DNA from: Euglena gracilis
Lineage: Eukaryota
Length of the DNA stretch: 64,000 bases
Direction: 5' to 3'
Assembly (NCBI GenBank): GCA_039621445.1
Contig: CP154954.1
Span: 36,379,703 to 36,443,702, forward strand
A program made the translations under genes and the position numbers. Numbering within the stretch: position 1 is the first letter of the stretch; each line of letters starts with the position of its first letter. The notes under the pieces are model-generated. The model worked only from the letters and a program-made list of their open reading frames with translations. It was not told the origin of the DNA and did no database searches. Below, one piece after another: positions 1-13,800 of this stretch.

Positions 1-1281
1 TACCACTCGATTGCATGAAAGCGGTGGGACCCACTCCCCTCAAAATATGCACAAAAGCGGGTGTGTTTTACGGCTTTCAAGGGAAAAATGGTGGAGAAAA
101 ACCAGAAAACGGACTCCGGCCCGACGCAACCCGGGTGTTTCAGGTGCCAAATTTTGACTTCTTGTAACGCACTACTGTTGCAGAAAAGGTGGCGAACAGT
201 CACAGGTCGTTGCAAGTCGTCAATTCATTATGTTTAATTGCCAAAAGGATGAGGCCAAAACAACAGGCCGTTCGAGCCGGGGAACAGCAGTACAAATGTC
301 CAAATGTCGCAAGGCAGACAAATTTTGGCCAGTCAGATGCCGTGTTTAAATGAACATTGCATATTACCTCTCACCACAAATTTCATCACCACATATTTGT
401 GGTGCAAATCAAGGGTTGTCATGTGGAATTGCGTTCGCCAGCCGTCACAGACGAGGAGATGGTGTCGCACAACTGATGTGTGTTTGTGCTCGCATTTGCG
501 CACACAAACAAACTTTCTTTGTGTGCGCTAAGGCTCGCTCAAACACACTATTTTGAAGCTTTAATCAAATGGTTGTGCGTGCACTTGCGCAAATGCCCGC
601 ACAAACGTAATTGTGTTTATTTGCGCAAATGCGCGCACCAACACGCCTATCACGTTCAAAAACCTCGTAGGGTCATGGTCCTCATCAGTGTGCTTTAACA
701 CAGACATGTTGTTTGTTGCCTCCCATTGCACAAACCATCCCTATACCAGTTTCCCCAGGGTGTTGGTTTGCGCATTTGCGCGCACAAACAAATTTGTTTG
801 TGGGCGCATTTGCGCCCACAAACGAGTATTTTTCTTTCAATATTTGCGTGTTTATTTGCGCAAATGCGTCCATACACAAATTGTTTTTATTTGCGCAAGT
901 GCGCGCACAAACACACATCAGTTGTGTAGTGTGTGATGTAATAGGGCTCTGTGTGTTCTTATGGGCGGCTACAGTATCCAAGCCAGTTCAGTCAGCACGT
1001 CGGCACCAGTTCCAAGTGTCGTAACAGCGGGTTTGTGCTTCTCACCTGTTTGATGTACGAGAGCACCAGTATCACCCTCGGCCCTATTCATATCACTCGG
1101 TAAGCAGCATGTGCACTAAACTGCTGGCAGTTAATCCCCTCCAATAGAGGGGTGTAACGGTTCATAATCCGTTTTCTGTGTGTCAGGGTACAGGGTCCCA
1201 GAAATTTCGTAAAGTTTGCGCATTTGCGCAAATGCGCCCATTTCAAAGAAAAAATTTTAAGTGCGAATCCGGCCACCTAAG
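1..1281 (-). mobile_element. Partial inverted copy of the ~3-kb TIR family (runs off the window)
   Basis: Ends TTAAGTGCGAATCCGGCCACCTAAG at 1281; reverse-complement similarity to about 23375-24690. Confidence 0.85.
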
Positions 1282-1370
1282 TGGATGTGTGTCACCGTCC
1301 GGTGGATGTGTGTCACCATCCGGTGGATGTGCGTCACCGTCCGTGGATGTGCGTCACCGTCCGGTGGATG
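1281..1370. repeat. ~21-bp tandem repeat x4
   Basis: GTGGATGTGTGTCACCGTCCG units. Confidence 0.8.
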
Positions 1371-3731
1371 GTATTTTTCCAAAAAATCATGAACAATTGT
1401 GAAAATCAGGGGAAATTCGTACAAGTGATTTTTTTCTTTTGCAATTTTGTAGCACGAAAAACACAATTAATCACGAAAAATTACGGAATTGTCACAAATG
1501 AGAATTTGGGGTCCCCGGCACGAAACAGAAGTAAACCCTGCTGTTCAATCTATGTGCATCATGTTCTGGTGGACAGTCCGCGGTGTCCAGAGGAGATGCG
1601 TCATTGTCTGGTGGATGTGTGTCACTGTCCTTTTTTTGTGTGCCATTGTCCAGTGGATGTGCACACATCCATTGGCCATATTATGTATTTTTGCAGCACC
1701 CCTGAGCTCCGCATATTATCTCTTCCAGTTTTATTGAAGTTTGCCAGTGCAGCTCCGGCATGTCAGGCACTGTCCAGTTTCCTCATTAATGTGGCGGCTG
1801 CTTCCCCTGGACTTCCTCTCGCAGGCTCCTCGGCCCCCCGGTGGGCGGCTGGCTGTCGGACCCGGCAGCGTTGCCGGCGGTGACCCGCACCGTGCCGTTT
1901 TTTACCGTCCACCCATATCTTTTGCCCTGCGCTGCTGCCTCCCTGCTCGCCGGGGGCCCCTCTTTGGTCTGGCTGGAAGACCCTGAGCTGAACTAAATCC
2001 TAGAACTTTGTGCATGGTGTGGTGAGTGTGTGTGTGGTTGGTGGATAAAACAACCTGCCCCTCCCACCCTTCTTTTTTTCAGAGTCGCTGCTTTTTTTTT
2101 CGGTCAAGATTTCTTCTGGTGCCAAGGCAGGCCTACCCTGACCCCGTGGGGGGGGGGGGCAGCCAGCCAGCACCTTTTTTCCAGCCAGCACGTCCCAGCC
2201 GGGCTGCGTACCCCCCCCTGTGCGGGGGTCGAGTGGTAATATAGTTTTCACAGCCCGGCAAAGCCCGGCTGGACAAAGCGCCAAAAAAAAATGAAAAGAG
2301 CACCAAAATTGCCAAAAAATGGTCTTTTTTTGGTGCTTTTTGGGGGTTTCTCACCTCAAAAATACAGCTGTATAATTGCATCCCAGCTGGATTTGGTCTG
2401 TTTTGCCTGTTTTCGGGTTCGAACCACCTCCCTGGGCCCCCACCCCCTGGGGTGGGGTCCAGCCAGCACCTGTTTCCAGCCGACCGGCTGGACCCCCCAG
2501 GGTCCTTAAGAAATTCCCTGTACCGAAGGAATTTTCTTTTGAAAGCGACCATGGCAGGGGGTGGGGGTCCAGCCACCCCCTCCCTGACCTCCAGTTTCTC
2601 GTGGGTTTTCTTGAAAGGCCTCCGATGTCGGTCCCCACCCAGCCCGGGGGCCACAGGTGCCTGGGGGCGGCACCGTTTGCCCTGTGTTCCCCCAGGGGAG
2701 GGGGCCGGATCGGTGCCATGGAATGCCTGCCGGCAGGAAGCGGGGCCGGCCACCTTAAAGTCAAGTAAAGAAGGTTGTTTAGCTTCCTGGAAGTTCTTGC
2801 ACCCAGCCGGCTGTGGAAAGGCATGAAGCAAAACGTCATTTTGGGTTTTCAAAAGAATACCAACCCCCCCCCAATGATTATCCCCCCAACATGATAACCC
2901 CCCCGAAAACCGATTTTGGCTGCCTTAACATTAAACCAGCTGTGAAAAAAAAAGTGAAGGGGAAAATTTTAATGGTGTAACAATTACAAAAATTGATGAA
3001 AATGAGGCAAAAAGATAACCCCCCCCCCCAAAATCCCCCCAGGGCATTATTTTTTTCACCCGAAGTCCCGGCCCGTGGGGGGGGGGGGGTATTATTTGGG
3101 GGGGTAATAGTACCCCAAAATTTTCGAAATTTTCCGAAGTCCCGCAGAACCCAAAAATAGTGACCGAATCCCCTTTTGGGGTCATTTTACTTTCTCGTGA
3201 GATTCAGCATTTTTGGAGGTCAGATGATGCAGGAAAATCGATGTTTTTTGTAATTTGTTGTCAGAGATCGTGATTTTTACCTACATTTCCGAGTCGTCGG
3301 CCCAAAACTGGGGGGGGGGGTATTATTTGGGGGGGGGGGTTGTCCATCGTTCAAAAAAAGCCGTAATTGCAAAAATGGGGGGGGGGCTGGTGAAGCTTTG
3401 GGGCTTTTAAAAAATTTTCCCAAATAATAAACCCGCCCCCACCCCAAATAACCTGGTGGGGGCCTTGCTCCTGGTGGGGGCCGAACAACCAGACGGGAGG
3501 AAGGGACAAAAAAGGTGGTTCCAGTATCCTGGCACCCCCCTTTTTAGGCAAAATTCCTTTGTGACGCTGAAAAAAAGGGCCCATATAACCTAATCCGAAA
3601 TCCGGCCTGCCGGTCCTCACCCTAACCTTACCTAACCTTACGCCTTCACTGACCCCAGGGTACCCGTGGCCATCGTGGGGTGAACTTTAGGACCCCCCCG
3701 GGCCCCCGGGGGGGTCCTACAGTTCCCACCG

Positions 3732-3844
<113 letters not shown>

Positions 3845-3861
3845 GTGTATATGTATATATA

Positions 3862-4363
3862 TGGCAAGTGTTAAGTTTAGTGCCCCCGGGGGGTACTAAA
3901 CTTGACACCGGGTTGGGCACGGGGAAAATACCCAGGGTTAGTGAGGGCGTAGGGTTAGGTTTAGGACTGGCCCCAGCTGGGGGGTTTCCAGCCGACGCGC
4001 GCGCATATCCTCTCCGAGCACCTACAGTAAAAATGGCCCGAAAACCGGCTGAAAAACGGCCGAAAAGGGCCGAAAAGGGGCCGAAACGGGCCGAAACGTG
4101 AAAAAAATCCCTTTGTGGGGGCCGACCGTTTGGCGGGCTTTATCTTTCTTCACCCCTGCCTGTCTGCCGCCTTTGGGAATCGCACCGCCCGGGTGAGGCA
4201 CGGGATATGCGCGGCGCGCGCGTGCGTCGGCCGGAACCCCCCCCCAGCCGGGGCCAGTCCTAACCCGAACCCTACGCCCTCACTAACCCTGGGTATATAC
4301 CCCGTGCCCAACCCGGTGTCAAGTTTAGTACCCCCCGGGGGGCACTAAACTTAACACTTGCCA
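3862..4363. mobile_element. Foldback MITE in a (TA)n tract
   Basis: Long inverted arms TGGCAAGTGTTAAGTTTAGT...ACTAAACTTAACACTTGCCA; internal hairpins; GGGTTAG motifs. Confidence 0.82.
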
Positions 4364-4381
4364 TATATATACATATATATA

Positions 4382-4650
4382 TGGCAGGTGGGAAGTTTAA
4401 TACCCCCCCGGGGGGGTATTAAACTTCCCACCAGGTGGGGCACCCCTTTATTTGAAGGAGTAGGGTTAGGTGCGCACATTATGTTGCGCTACTTGGCTAT
4501 GTTGCGCTAATTGGCTATGTTGCACTACATAGCCAATTAGCGCAACTTAGCCAATTAGCGCGACATAGTATGTGCGCACCTAACCCTACTCCTTCAAATA
4601 AGGGGGTGCCCAACCTGGTGGGAAGTTTAACACCCCCCGGGGGGTATTAA
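4382..4650. mobile_element. Related foldback MITE, right end truncated
   Basis: Starts TGGCAGGTGGGAAGTTTAATAC; near-palindromic; flanked by TA/TATG repeats. Confidence 0.7.
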
Positions 4651-4764
4651 ATGTATGTATGTATGTGTGTATGTGTGTATGTATGTATGTATGTATGTAT
4701 GTATGTATGTATGTATGTATGTATGTATGTATGTATGTATGTATGTATGTATGTATGTATGTAT
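4651..4764. repeat. (ATGT)n microsatellite
   Basis: Seen directly. Confidence 0.95.
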
Positions 4765-6039
4765 AGGGTTATATATATTATAAAAATGGGGTGGCAACGT
4801 TTTGGAACCGAACCCAAATCAGCTGTTCCCATACCCCAACCTCGGACAGCCCAAAAGCTGTCATTTTGGCAATTTTTTGCAATGTTTTCCAAACAGGGTC
4901 AATCAGCACATTTAACAAAAAAAGTGATTTTTTAAAATAAAATAAAAAACCTTTAAAGCACGTCGATTTTGACGACTTTTTCGCACATCCTTGAGGAAAA
5001 TAAGTGAATTGAACAGTGAGCTATTTCCCCAAGCTCTTCCCTTCCCCCGTGGCTCCTCCTTCTTCCCCTTCTTACATTGTAATCTCCTGATTCATCTTTC
5101 CTTGGATGTCTCTTTTTGTTTCACCTTGTCTTCAGATTGATTGTCTTCTTCTTCAGCAGCTTGCAGAGCAAATTCCACTCTTGGAATGATTGTAATCACC
5201 TCCACTTCGGCCGCCTGAACACCAACATGTACAGATGAGATTGCCATGGCAGGGCTCTTCTGCTGCTGCAGAACTTCCAAAGCCCTGAAAACATACTCCT
5301 GCGACACAGGATGTACATGGTGATCAGCTTCACCTTCAGCCATAGTTCCTGGACAGCAGTGGACCCCAATCCGTCCACATCTGCAGCTGCTGGATTGCAT
5401 CTTCTGTACCCATTCTGTCATGGATGTGGTCCATCTTCCCAGTCCATGCTGCAGCATCTTCCTGGAAACTTCCTCAATGACATCTGGGCTGACCAAGCCC
5501 GGGAGCTGACTGATTGTACAGGGTATACACTGATTGTTCGAGTGCCCACTCTTGGCCTGGACCCAGTGTCTCACTTTTGACTTTTCTGGCATTGAACTTT
5601 TCAAAACTTCCAGCACAACACAAGCAAAGACAGGACTTCTTTGAGGTTCAATCAGTGACCCACGCAATCAGTGTAAGCATTTTGCTCCCTACAAAACAAT
5701 TGGCATTTTTCAATGGCGTTGCAATCTTGAATTAGGAATTGCAGACTTTGCGAATCATACAAATTTCCCACTGCATCACTGGTGTTTCCAAAATCTTTCG
5801 CACAGCAGGGGAAGAAATCCTGAAGACCTTTGCCAATGCCCTTGATCAAGTCCAAGCAAACTGATACACTATTTGCTAGAGGCTGCCAATGAAATACAGA
5901 ATTATACACAGAATTCCCAGATTAAGATTTTGGTCTGAACCCTTTTTTCCGGCATTGCATAATTCAGAGATTCCAGGAGATTGATCGTAAAAAGGCTGTC
6001 CGCCACACACGCGATGCAGCTCCTCACGGCCCTTTCCAC

Positions 6040-6375
6040 ACCGTCCATGAAGCGGGAAAAAGCGGATTGGCGGTGAACCTTGCTAAGTGCAATCTGTTGG
6101 GCCCTGCCTTCACCTCAAATTGTGGAAGTACCCCGCAGACAGAAAACTTCGCCAAGTACCCATCGTGCCGCTTCTCAAGGATTCTGGCCTCAAAGTTCTC
6201 GGGATCCCACTCTGGCTTCCGGAAGGCGATACATTTGACCGGCAGATTTGGAGTAATCGTGTGAACAGTGTTATGGAGGCATGCCAATCTCTTTCCAAGC
6301 TACCACAGGCGCATCTTCATTTCACTATTCTTCGATATTGCCTCACCTCTAGAAAAGTAAACGACCTTCTGCGAG
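6040..6375 (+). pseudogene. CRE/SLACS-like non-LTR retrotransposon RT C-terminal relic
   Basis: GLAVNLAKCNLLG, then (frameshift) GLKVLGIPL...QAHLHFTILRYCLTSRKVNDLLRA, resembling the RT end/thumb of CRE-clade elements; ends abruptly at the DIRS fragment. Confidence 0.55.
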
Positions 6376-7011
6376 CAGCCCACATGGTTGGACACAAAAA
6401 CCATTTCTTCTGGTCTTTGGATGGCAAAAGACCTTTGACGTCAGAAAGGGTGAATTCCTTGACCAGAGAAATTCTGCAGGAGGGGGGGTGGACACCACCC
6501 ACTGGAAACCTCACAGCACCAGAGGGGCTGGGGTTTTATGCTGGAAAAATGCTGGTTTGCAAGTTGCAGAAGTCCAGCAATTGGGTCGGTGGAAAATTTT
6601 TGGGGCCTTCCAAGCTCATTTTTTGAGCCTTGGGGTAGTTTCAAAAACTCAAAAAATTATATCCCAAAGGGGGGTGCACAGTACCTCACCATCTCGCAGT
6701 GCGGCGCCCGAATGGTTTCGGACTCCCACGACACAGGAAGGGGTAGGAAGGGACCAAGAGGGCGAAGCACAAGAAGATGGTGAGCCCAACCCTCCCACCC
6801 AAAAAGTCAGCAGAAGAAGAAAAACATCCCAATCAGAAAGGGGACCCCCTACCAAGCAGCCCCAACCACCCTCCCAGAGACACACAGGAAAGAGAAAACC
6901 ATCGATGGGGGGGAGCCAAGCAATCATGTGGGGTGGGGACCCAAGCAATCATGTGGAGGGGGGGGCGGGGCCACGACGGTTCAGCTTCGCCAAGGTGTCG
7001 GAGGAGGCGTC
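6376..7011 (+). mobile_element. DIRS 3' fragment (YR C-terminus + ICR, no right ITR)
   Basis: HSTRGAG...LGRW...AHF; ICR at about 6683-6785; closely similar to 10821-11220 reverse complement. Confidence 0.82.
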
Positions 7012-10000
7012 GACCATTCGGGCTCCGCACTGCGAGATGGTGAGGTCCTGCTTTCCTTGCCGCCTGTTCTGTTCTGGTGTGTGGGTGCGCGGGGGATGCT
7101 TCTTACTGTTCCTTTGTTGCCGGAGTTGGCTGATTCCTATTTCTGCCCTTCGACCTCAAGGAGAAAGAATTTTACTTCTACGAACTCAAGTGGACGGAAC
7201 TTTTTCGGAGCCTCAACTTTCTGACGAAAGAATTCAACTCTTCGGAGATCAACAACTGGACTTCCATGAAGAACAAAATTCAAAGAACCTCTCAATTTTA
7301 AGAAGAACTTCAAAGAACTTCGAAGTCAGCTGGAGCTGGGGAAGGTGGAGTCACAGCAGCAGCTGCAGAAGCTGGAGGGGCTGCAGCGACACGTCCGTCC
7401 CTGGCCATTGCAACCCCCCCCCACCCCCCAGCACAGCAGAGATTTCAAAATTCAAAAATTCCGACTCCCCCACTAAAACTGATGGCCATGGACCAAAGAC
7501 AACGGTGGTCAGGAAGAGAAGACAGATGGGGACTACCATCACAGTTCCAACAGACTCCACCCCTTTTTCTCAGTTCCTCCCCTTTCAGGGGAAAAATCAA
7601 AGGCTATGGCAGCCTTAATCCAAAGGATTCAAATCAAAATCAAGGCTATGGCAGCCATCACTGCACAAGGCCTGGGGCCCAGAAACATGGCTATGGAAGC
7701 CATCATCCAAGAGGGCAGTGGGCCCATGAGCAAGGCTATGGCAGCCTGTGTCCAAACCTGGGAAGCTCCCACGGGGGAAAGGTATGTCCAACTTACCCCA
7801 CGGCTCCCTCAAACATAAACCCCTCAGGAGCTGCCCATCCAAGCAAGCAACGCCCCCTTCAGGGGAAGGCCAATGGGGGCCATCATATGCAAGGGGCCAA
7901 GGGAGGCCAGGGGGATCACCAAGATATAAAGGCCAATGGAGGCCATTATCTGCAAAAGGCCAGTGGAGGCCAGCGGAAGCATCAAGTTTTCAAGGCCAAT
8001 AGAGGCCAGTTCAATCAAACTCAAGTGGCCACTGGAGGCCAGTGCACTCAAGATCACATCAGCCCTTGGGGGGAGGCCCAAGATTGGCTACACCAGGGCC
8101 CTCCCAGAAGGTAATCAGCCCACACCCGCCAGCTATACGTGTACCTCCACAATGCAGACACAGACTTTCCCCAATCTTTCCACATCAGGAGGAAAGCCTG
8201 TCTTTGAACAGCCCTATGGCAGGGCCAGAGGTCACCCCAGTGATGTGGCAGCCAGGGGAAAGGACCCCAGTGATGGGGCCTGTGGAATCCCCAGACACAT
8301 TACACCCAGGGGTGACCCCATACAAAGCCCTGCAGACCAGCATTCCCCATTGGGTCAAGGCAGGAGTCAGCCCAGAGGTTTTAAACTTAATAAGGGAATG
8401 GGTCAGGGCTGATCTTCCCCTCCCCCCTCAGATGTCCTTGAAACTGCCCTTCAAAACTCCCCAAGAAATAATGACTGCCCAGAAAATTCTGAGGGAATAC
8501 GAGCGTGCAGGGGCAACCAGGCAAATAACCCCAGAGGAGGCAAAACATTTTGTCCCTTATTTTATCATTTCCAAAAAGGAAGGGGGGAAAACAAAGGAAA
8601 TACTAATTTTTAATTGTCGACAGTTAAATCTCCATTTCACCCCCCAGAAGATCAGATTGGAACACATGGTAAACATCTTCCCATATCTCAGAGAAGGTTG
8701 GTTCTGTGGAAAAATAGATCTGAAAGATGCATATTTCCATCTACAGCTGCACGACATCTTAAAAAAGTATGTTTGCATGCAGGTGGGGGGAGAAACCTGG
8801 CAGTTTCAAGCTGCATGCTTCGGCATCAGCAGCCTGTCACAAAAATTGGCGACTCTCATGAGAGTCTGGGAAAGAAAATGGAGAAAGGAGGGCAAGGCGG
8901 TTTTCATCTACCTAGACGACATTTTGCTGTCAGCCTCCAGCAAAAAGACAGCAGCCCAGCATTTGGCAGAAATAAAAAAGAGACCTTTTACTGGCAGGTT
9001 TCAGATTAAACCTCCCCAAACCCTGTCTGTAATCCACACAGGACATATAGAATTTGGGTCAGTGGTTACATTTGAAAAAAGGCCAACTGTAAATTCCACA
9101 GGAGAAACTAAAATCGTTAAGAAAGGAACTACGCAAAGTGCTCACAGCACAAAAAATGAGCTGCAGAAAACTCAGTTCATTTGTGGGGCAAAGTCAGAAG
9201 CTATTTAGTCTCAATGCCATTTCTCAGAATTCTGACAGATCAAATTTGCAAAATGGTGGATTTGCACACAAAGTGAGATTGGGACGATTCCCCAGGACGG
9301 GTCAAGGATCAAACTGTGGAGAAAGGCATTTTTGCAGCCAGGTGTGGGCAGAGCATTTCAATCCCAGGCCTCTCAGGAACTGTTCTCAGACAGCAGCACC
9401 TGGCTATGGGGGGGGGGGCTGGACAAAAATTCTCTTCAAAGGTGCAGGATTTTTGGAGGGACCTGCATGTCCTTCACATCAATCAAAAAGAATTGATGTG
9501 AAAACTGTAATGGATTTGGCAAAACCCAACCAAACCATTGTTCTTCATGTGGACAGCCAGGTGGAAGTAAGCTATTTAACAAAATGGGGAGGCACAAGCC
9601 ATACCTAAATTCCATCCTAAAACCCCTTCTATATGATTGCCAAGAAACGCAAATCAATTTGCAGGTGGTTTGGGTTCCCACAAAAAAACAATTGGCAGAC
9701 TCCCTGACCAGGGAGCAAAAAGAACCAGGGGATTACACCCTGAACATGAACATTTTTCACCAGATTCTTAATTTCTTCAAAAACCACATCAGCCCAGAGG
9801 TGGACATGTTTTGCACACCCACCAACAAAAAATTCTCCAAAGTTCATTTGTTGCTACCCCCACCAAGAGGCTTTGTTGGTGGATGCTCTGAAGGCAGAAT
9901 TAAAGAGACTCCCCCCAGTTTATGCCAAACCCTCCCTGGAGCATCATCCCCCAGTGGGTTCAGAGATTAATGTTAAACCCGGACCTAACTTGTCTGTTGA

Positions 10001-10820
10001 TTGCACCCCGCTGGGCTTCGACATCACGGTGGCGCCAATTAATGTCAATCAGGCAGCCAGGCAGCAAGGTTTTGCCAGTACCCCCCAATGGGGTCTGTTC
10101 ACCAACTGCTGGGGGGAGGAGATGCCCCCCCAAGGTGGAATTTGGCCTGCTAGATTGTGTCAGGCAAATATCACAATCCCAGGAAGTTTCGATGTCCAGT
10201 ATCGACACTTACATAAAAAATCTGTGAAATGTCAAAAGATGCGATTCAGCATTCAAGGCTTTGATGCGCCAATTGTTGCACAAAGGGGTGCCCCGCGGGA
10301 CTGCACAGTCCGCAGGATGGCCGAGGCCATCCTTGATCTGCTTGCCCACACCATCAACACTGCACGAAATGCATATGCAGCAGCCTTATTACTCCCAGGG
10401 TTTGGATCATTGGGTTTTTCCCCTCTTTTGTCTCCATTGAAGAGTAAATGGAATTCCAATGTCTGCCAGTATGCCCATTTTTGGGACCCCACTGACTTCT
10501 TGGAGAACATCATCAGGAAATACAAACCCCTCTCAGACCTATCTGTGAAAGAGCTCAGAAACAGGCTCATCATCTGTTGGAGGCTGTTGGCCCTGCACAG
10601 GGGGGTTGATCTAGCCAGGACACAGCGGAAAATCAGGTTCGTTGGAGAAAAAAAATTCATTTTATTGCAAAGGAAAGGCTGGCAATTCCCAAGATGGGAG
10701 GAGATGTTGATTTCGCCAAACACACCCCCCCTCATCAGCCCCTGGCATTTATTGAAAGAGTATGTGGAAAGGACAGCCCACATGGTTGGACACAAAAATA
10801 AATTGATAGGTCTTTGGATG
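7012..10820 (+). mobile_element. Degenerate DIRS1-like element, 3'-truncated inside YR
   Basis: Left end GACCATTCGGGCTCC is complementary to the family ICR; frameshifted RT (IDLKDAYFH, YLDD), RH, MT and YR fragments. Confidence 0.85.
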
Positions 10821-13800
10821 ATCTTCTTGTGCTTCGCCCTCTTGGTCCCTTCCTCCCCTTTCCTGTGGCGTGGGAGTCCGAGATCATTCGGGCTCCGCAC
10901 TGCGAGATGGCCAGGTACTGTTCACCCCCCTTTGGGCCATAATTGTTTGAATTTTTGATACGACACCCAGTCTCAAATAATGAGCTTGGAAGGCCCCAAA
11001 ATTTTTCCACTGACCCAGTTGCTGGACTTCTTCCAACTGCACCCCGCATTCTTCCACCAAAAAACCCCAGCCCCTCTGGTGCTGTGGGGTTTCCAGTGGG
11101 TGGTGTCCACCCCCCTCCTGCAGAATTTCTTTGGTCAAGGAATTCACCCTTTCTGATGTCAAAGGTCTTTTACCATCCAAAGACCATAGCAAACTATTTT
11201 TGTGTCCAACCATGTGGGCTGTCCTTTCCACATACTCTTTCAAAAAATGACAGGGGCTGATGAGGAGGGTGTGTGGCAAATTCAAGACTTCTTCCCATCT
11301 TGGGAATTGCCAGCCTTTCCTTTGCAATAAAATGAAAATTTTTTCTCCCACGAAACTGATTTTCCGCTGTGTCCTGCCTAGATCAACCCCCCTGTGCAGG
11401 GCCAACAGCCTCCAACAGATGATGAGCCTGTTTCTGAGCTCTTTCACAGATAGGTCTGAGAGGGGTTTGTATTTCCTGATGATGTTCTCCAAGAAGTCAG
11501 TGGGGTCCCAAAAATGGGCATACTGGCAGACATTGGAATTCCATTTACTCTTCAATGGAGACAAAAGAGGGGAAAACCCCAACGATCAAAACCCTGGGAG
11601 TAATAAGGCTGCTGCATATGCATTTCGTGCAGTGTTGAGGGTGTGGGCAACCAGATCAAGGATGGCCTCAGCCATCCTGTGGACTGTGCAGTCCTGCAGG
11701 GGCACCCCCTTGTGCAATGGCTGGCCCACCAATGCCCTGAAGGCTGAGTCATATCTTTTGAAATTTCCCAGATTTTTAATGTATGTGTCGACACTGGACA
11801 TCGAAACTTCCTGGGATTGTAATACTTACCTGACACAATCAAGCAGGCCAAATTCCACTTTGGGGGTCATCTCCTCCCCCCATCAGTTGGTGAACAGACC
11901 CCATTGGGGGGTACTAGCAAAACCTTGCTGCCTGGCTGCCTGATTGACATTAATTGGCGCCACCGTGATGTCGAAGCCCAGCGGGGTGCAATCAACAGAC
12001 AAGTTAGGTCCAGGTTTAACATTAATCTCTGAACCCATTGGGTAATGATACTCCAGGGAGGGTTTGCATTAACTGGGGGGAGGCCCCTGAAGTCTGCCCT
12101 CAAGGCATCCACCAACAAAGCCTCTTGGTGGAGGTATCGACAAACTAACTTGGGGAATTTTTTGTTGCTGGGGGTGCAAAACATGTCCACCTCTGGGGTT
12201 ATGTCCCTTCTGAAGAATTGAAGAATTTGATGAAAGATTTTCAGGTGTAGGGTATAATCCCCTGGGTCTTTTTGCTCCCTGGTCAGGGAGTCTGCCAATT
12301 GTTCTTTTGTGGGAACCCAAACCACCTGCAAATTGATTTGTTTTTCCTGACAATGATACAACAAGGGTTTTTTAGGATGGAATTTCGGTATGGCTTTTTG
12401 CCTCCCCTTTTTGTCAAATAACTGACAGCCACCTGGCTGTCCACATGAAGCACAATTGTTTGCTTTGGTTTGGCCAAAGATCTTACAGTTTCCACTGCAG
12501 CCTGCAACTCTTTTTGATTGATGTGAAGGACATGCAGGTCCCTCCAAAAATCCTGCACTTTTTGGCCTGAATCTTTGTCCAGCCCCCCCCCATTGCCAGG
12601 TGCTGCTGTCTGAGAATATTTCCTGAGAGGCCTGGGATTGAAATGCTCTGCCCAAACCTGGCTGCAAAAATGCCTTTAACTCCGCAATTTTATCTTTAAA
12701 CCCTTGGGGAATGGTCAAGGTGTGGTCCCAACCCCACTTTGTGTGCAAATCCACCATTTTGCAAAGTTGATCTGCCAGAATTCTGAGGACAGGCATTGAA
12801 ACTAAATAGCTTCTTACCTGCCCTGCAATAGAGCTGAGTTTTACTGCAGCTTATTTTTTGTGCTGTCAGCACCTTTCATAATTCCTTTCTTAAGGATTTT
12901 AGTTTTTCCTGTGGAATTTCCAGTTGGCCGTTTTTCAGATTGATACACTGGCCCAAGTGCTTTATTTCTTGTGTTGGTTCCAGACATGATTTGGCGAGGT
13001 TTATTCTGAAACCTGCCAGTAAGATATCATTTTTCATTTCTGCCAAATGTTGGGCTGCTGTCTTTTCGCTGGGGGCTAACAGCAAAATGTTGTCCAGGTA
13101 GATGAAAACTACCTTTCCTTCCTTTCTCCATTTTCTTTCCCAGTCTCTCATGAGAGTCATAAACTTTTGTGGCAGGCTGCTTATACCAAAACATGCAGCT
13201 TGAATTTGCCACGTTTCCCCCCCACCTGCATGCAAACATGTTTTTCCAGGCTGCTGTGCAGCTTTCAGTGAAAATAAGCATCTTTCAGATCTATTTTTCC
13301 ACAGAACCAACCTTTTCTGAGATATGGGAAGATGTTTCCCATGTGTTCCAATCTGAACTTCTGGGGGTGAAATGGAGATTTAACTGTCGACAGTCTGAAA
13401 TTAGTCTTTCCTTTGTCTTTCCCCCTTCCTTTTTGGAAATGATAAAATAAGGGACAAAATGTTTTGCATCCTCTGGGGTTATTTGCCTGGTTGCCCCTGC
13501 ACATTCGTATTCCCTCGGAATTTTCTGGGCAGTCATTATTACTTAGGGGGTTTTGAAGGGAACTTTCAAGGACATCTGGGGGGGGAGGGGAAGATCTGCC
13601 CTGACCCCTTCCCTTATTAAGTTTAATACCTCTGTTCTGGCTCCTGCCTTGACCCAATGGGGGATGCTGGCCTGCAGGGCTTTGTATGGGGTCACCCCTG
13701 GGTGTAATGTGTCTGGGGATTCCACAGGCCCCATCACTGGGGTCCTTTCCCCTGGCTGCCCCATCACTGCGGTCCTTTCCCCTGGCTGCCCCATCACTGG

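Noticed and set aside
304-1024. ORFs rich in CANA/FAQMR (also at 23.8-27.4 kb and 39-42 kb)
   Set aside because: By-products of the TTTGCGCAAA palindromic repeats.
5092-5667. 191-aa minus-strand ORF with an acidic tail
   Set aside because: No recognisable motif or consistent exon structure.
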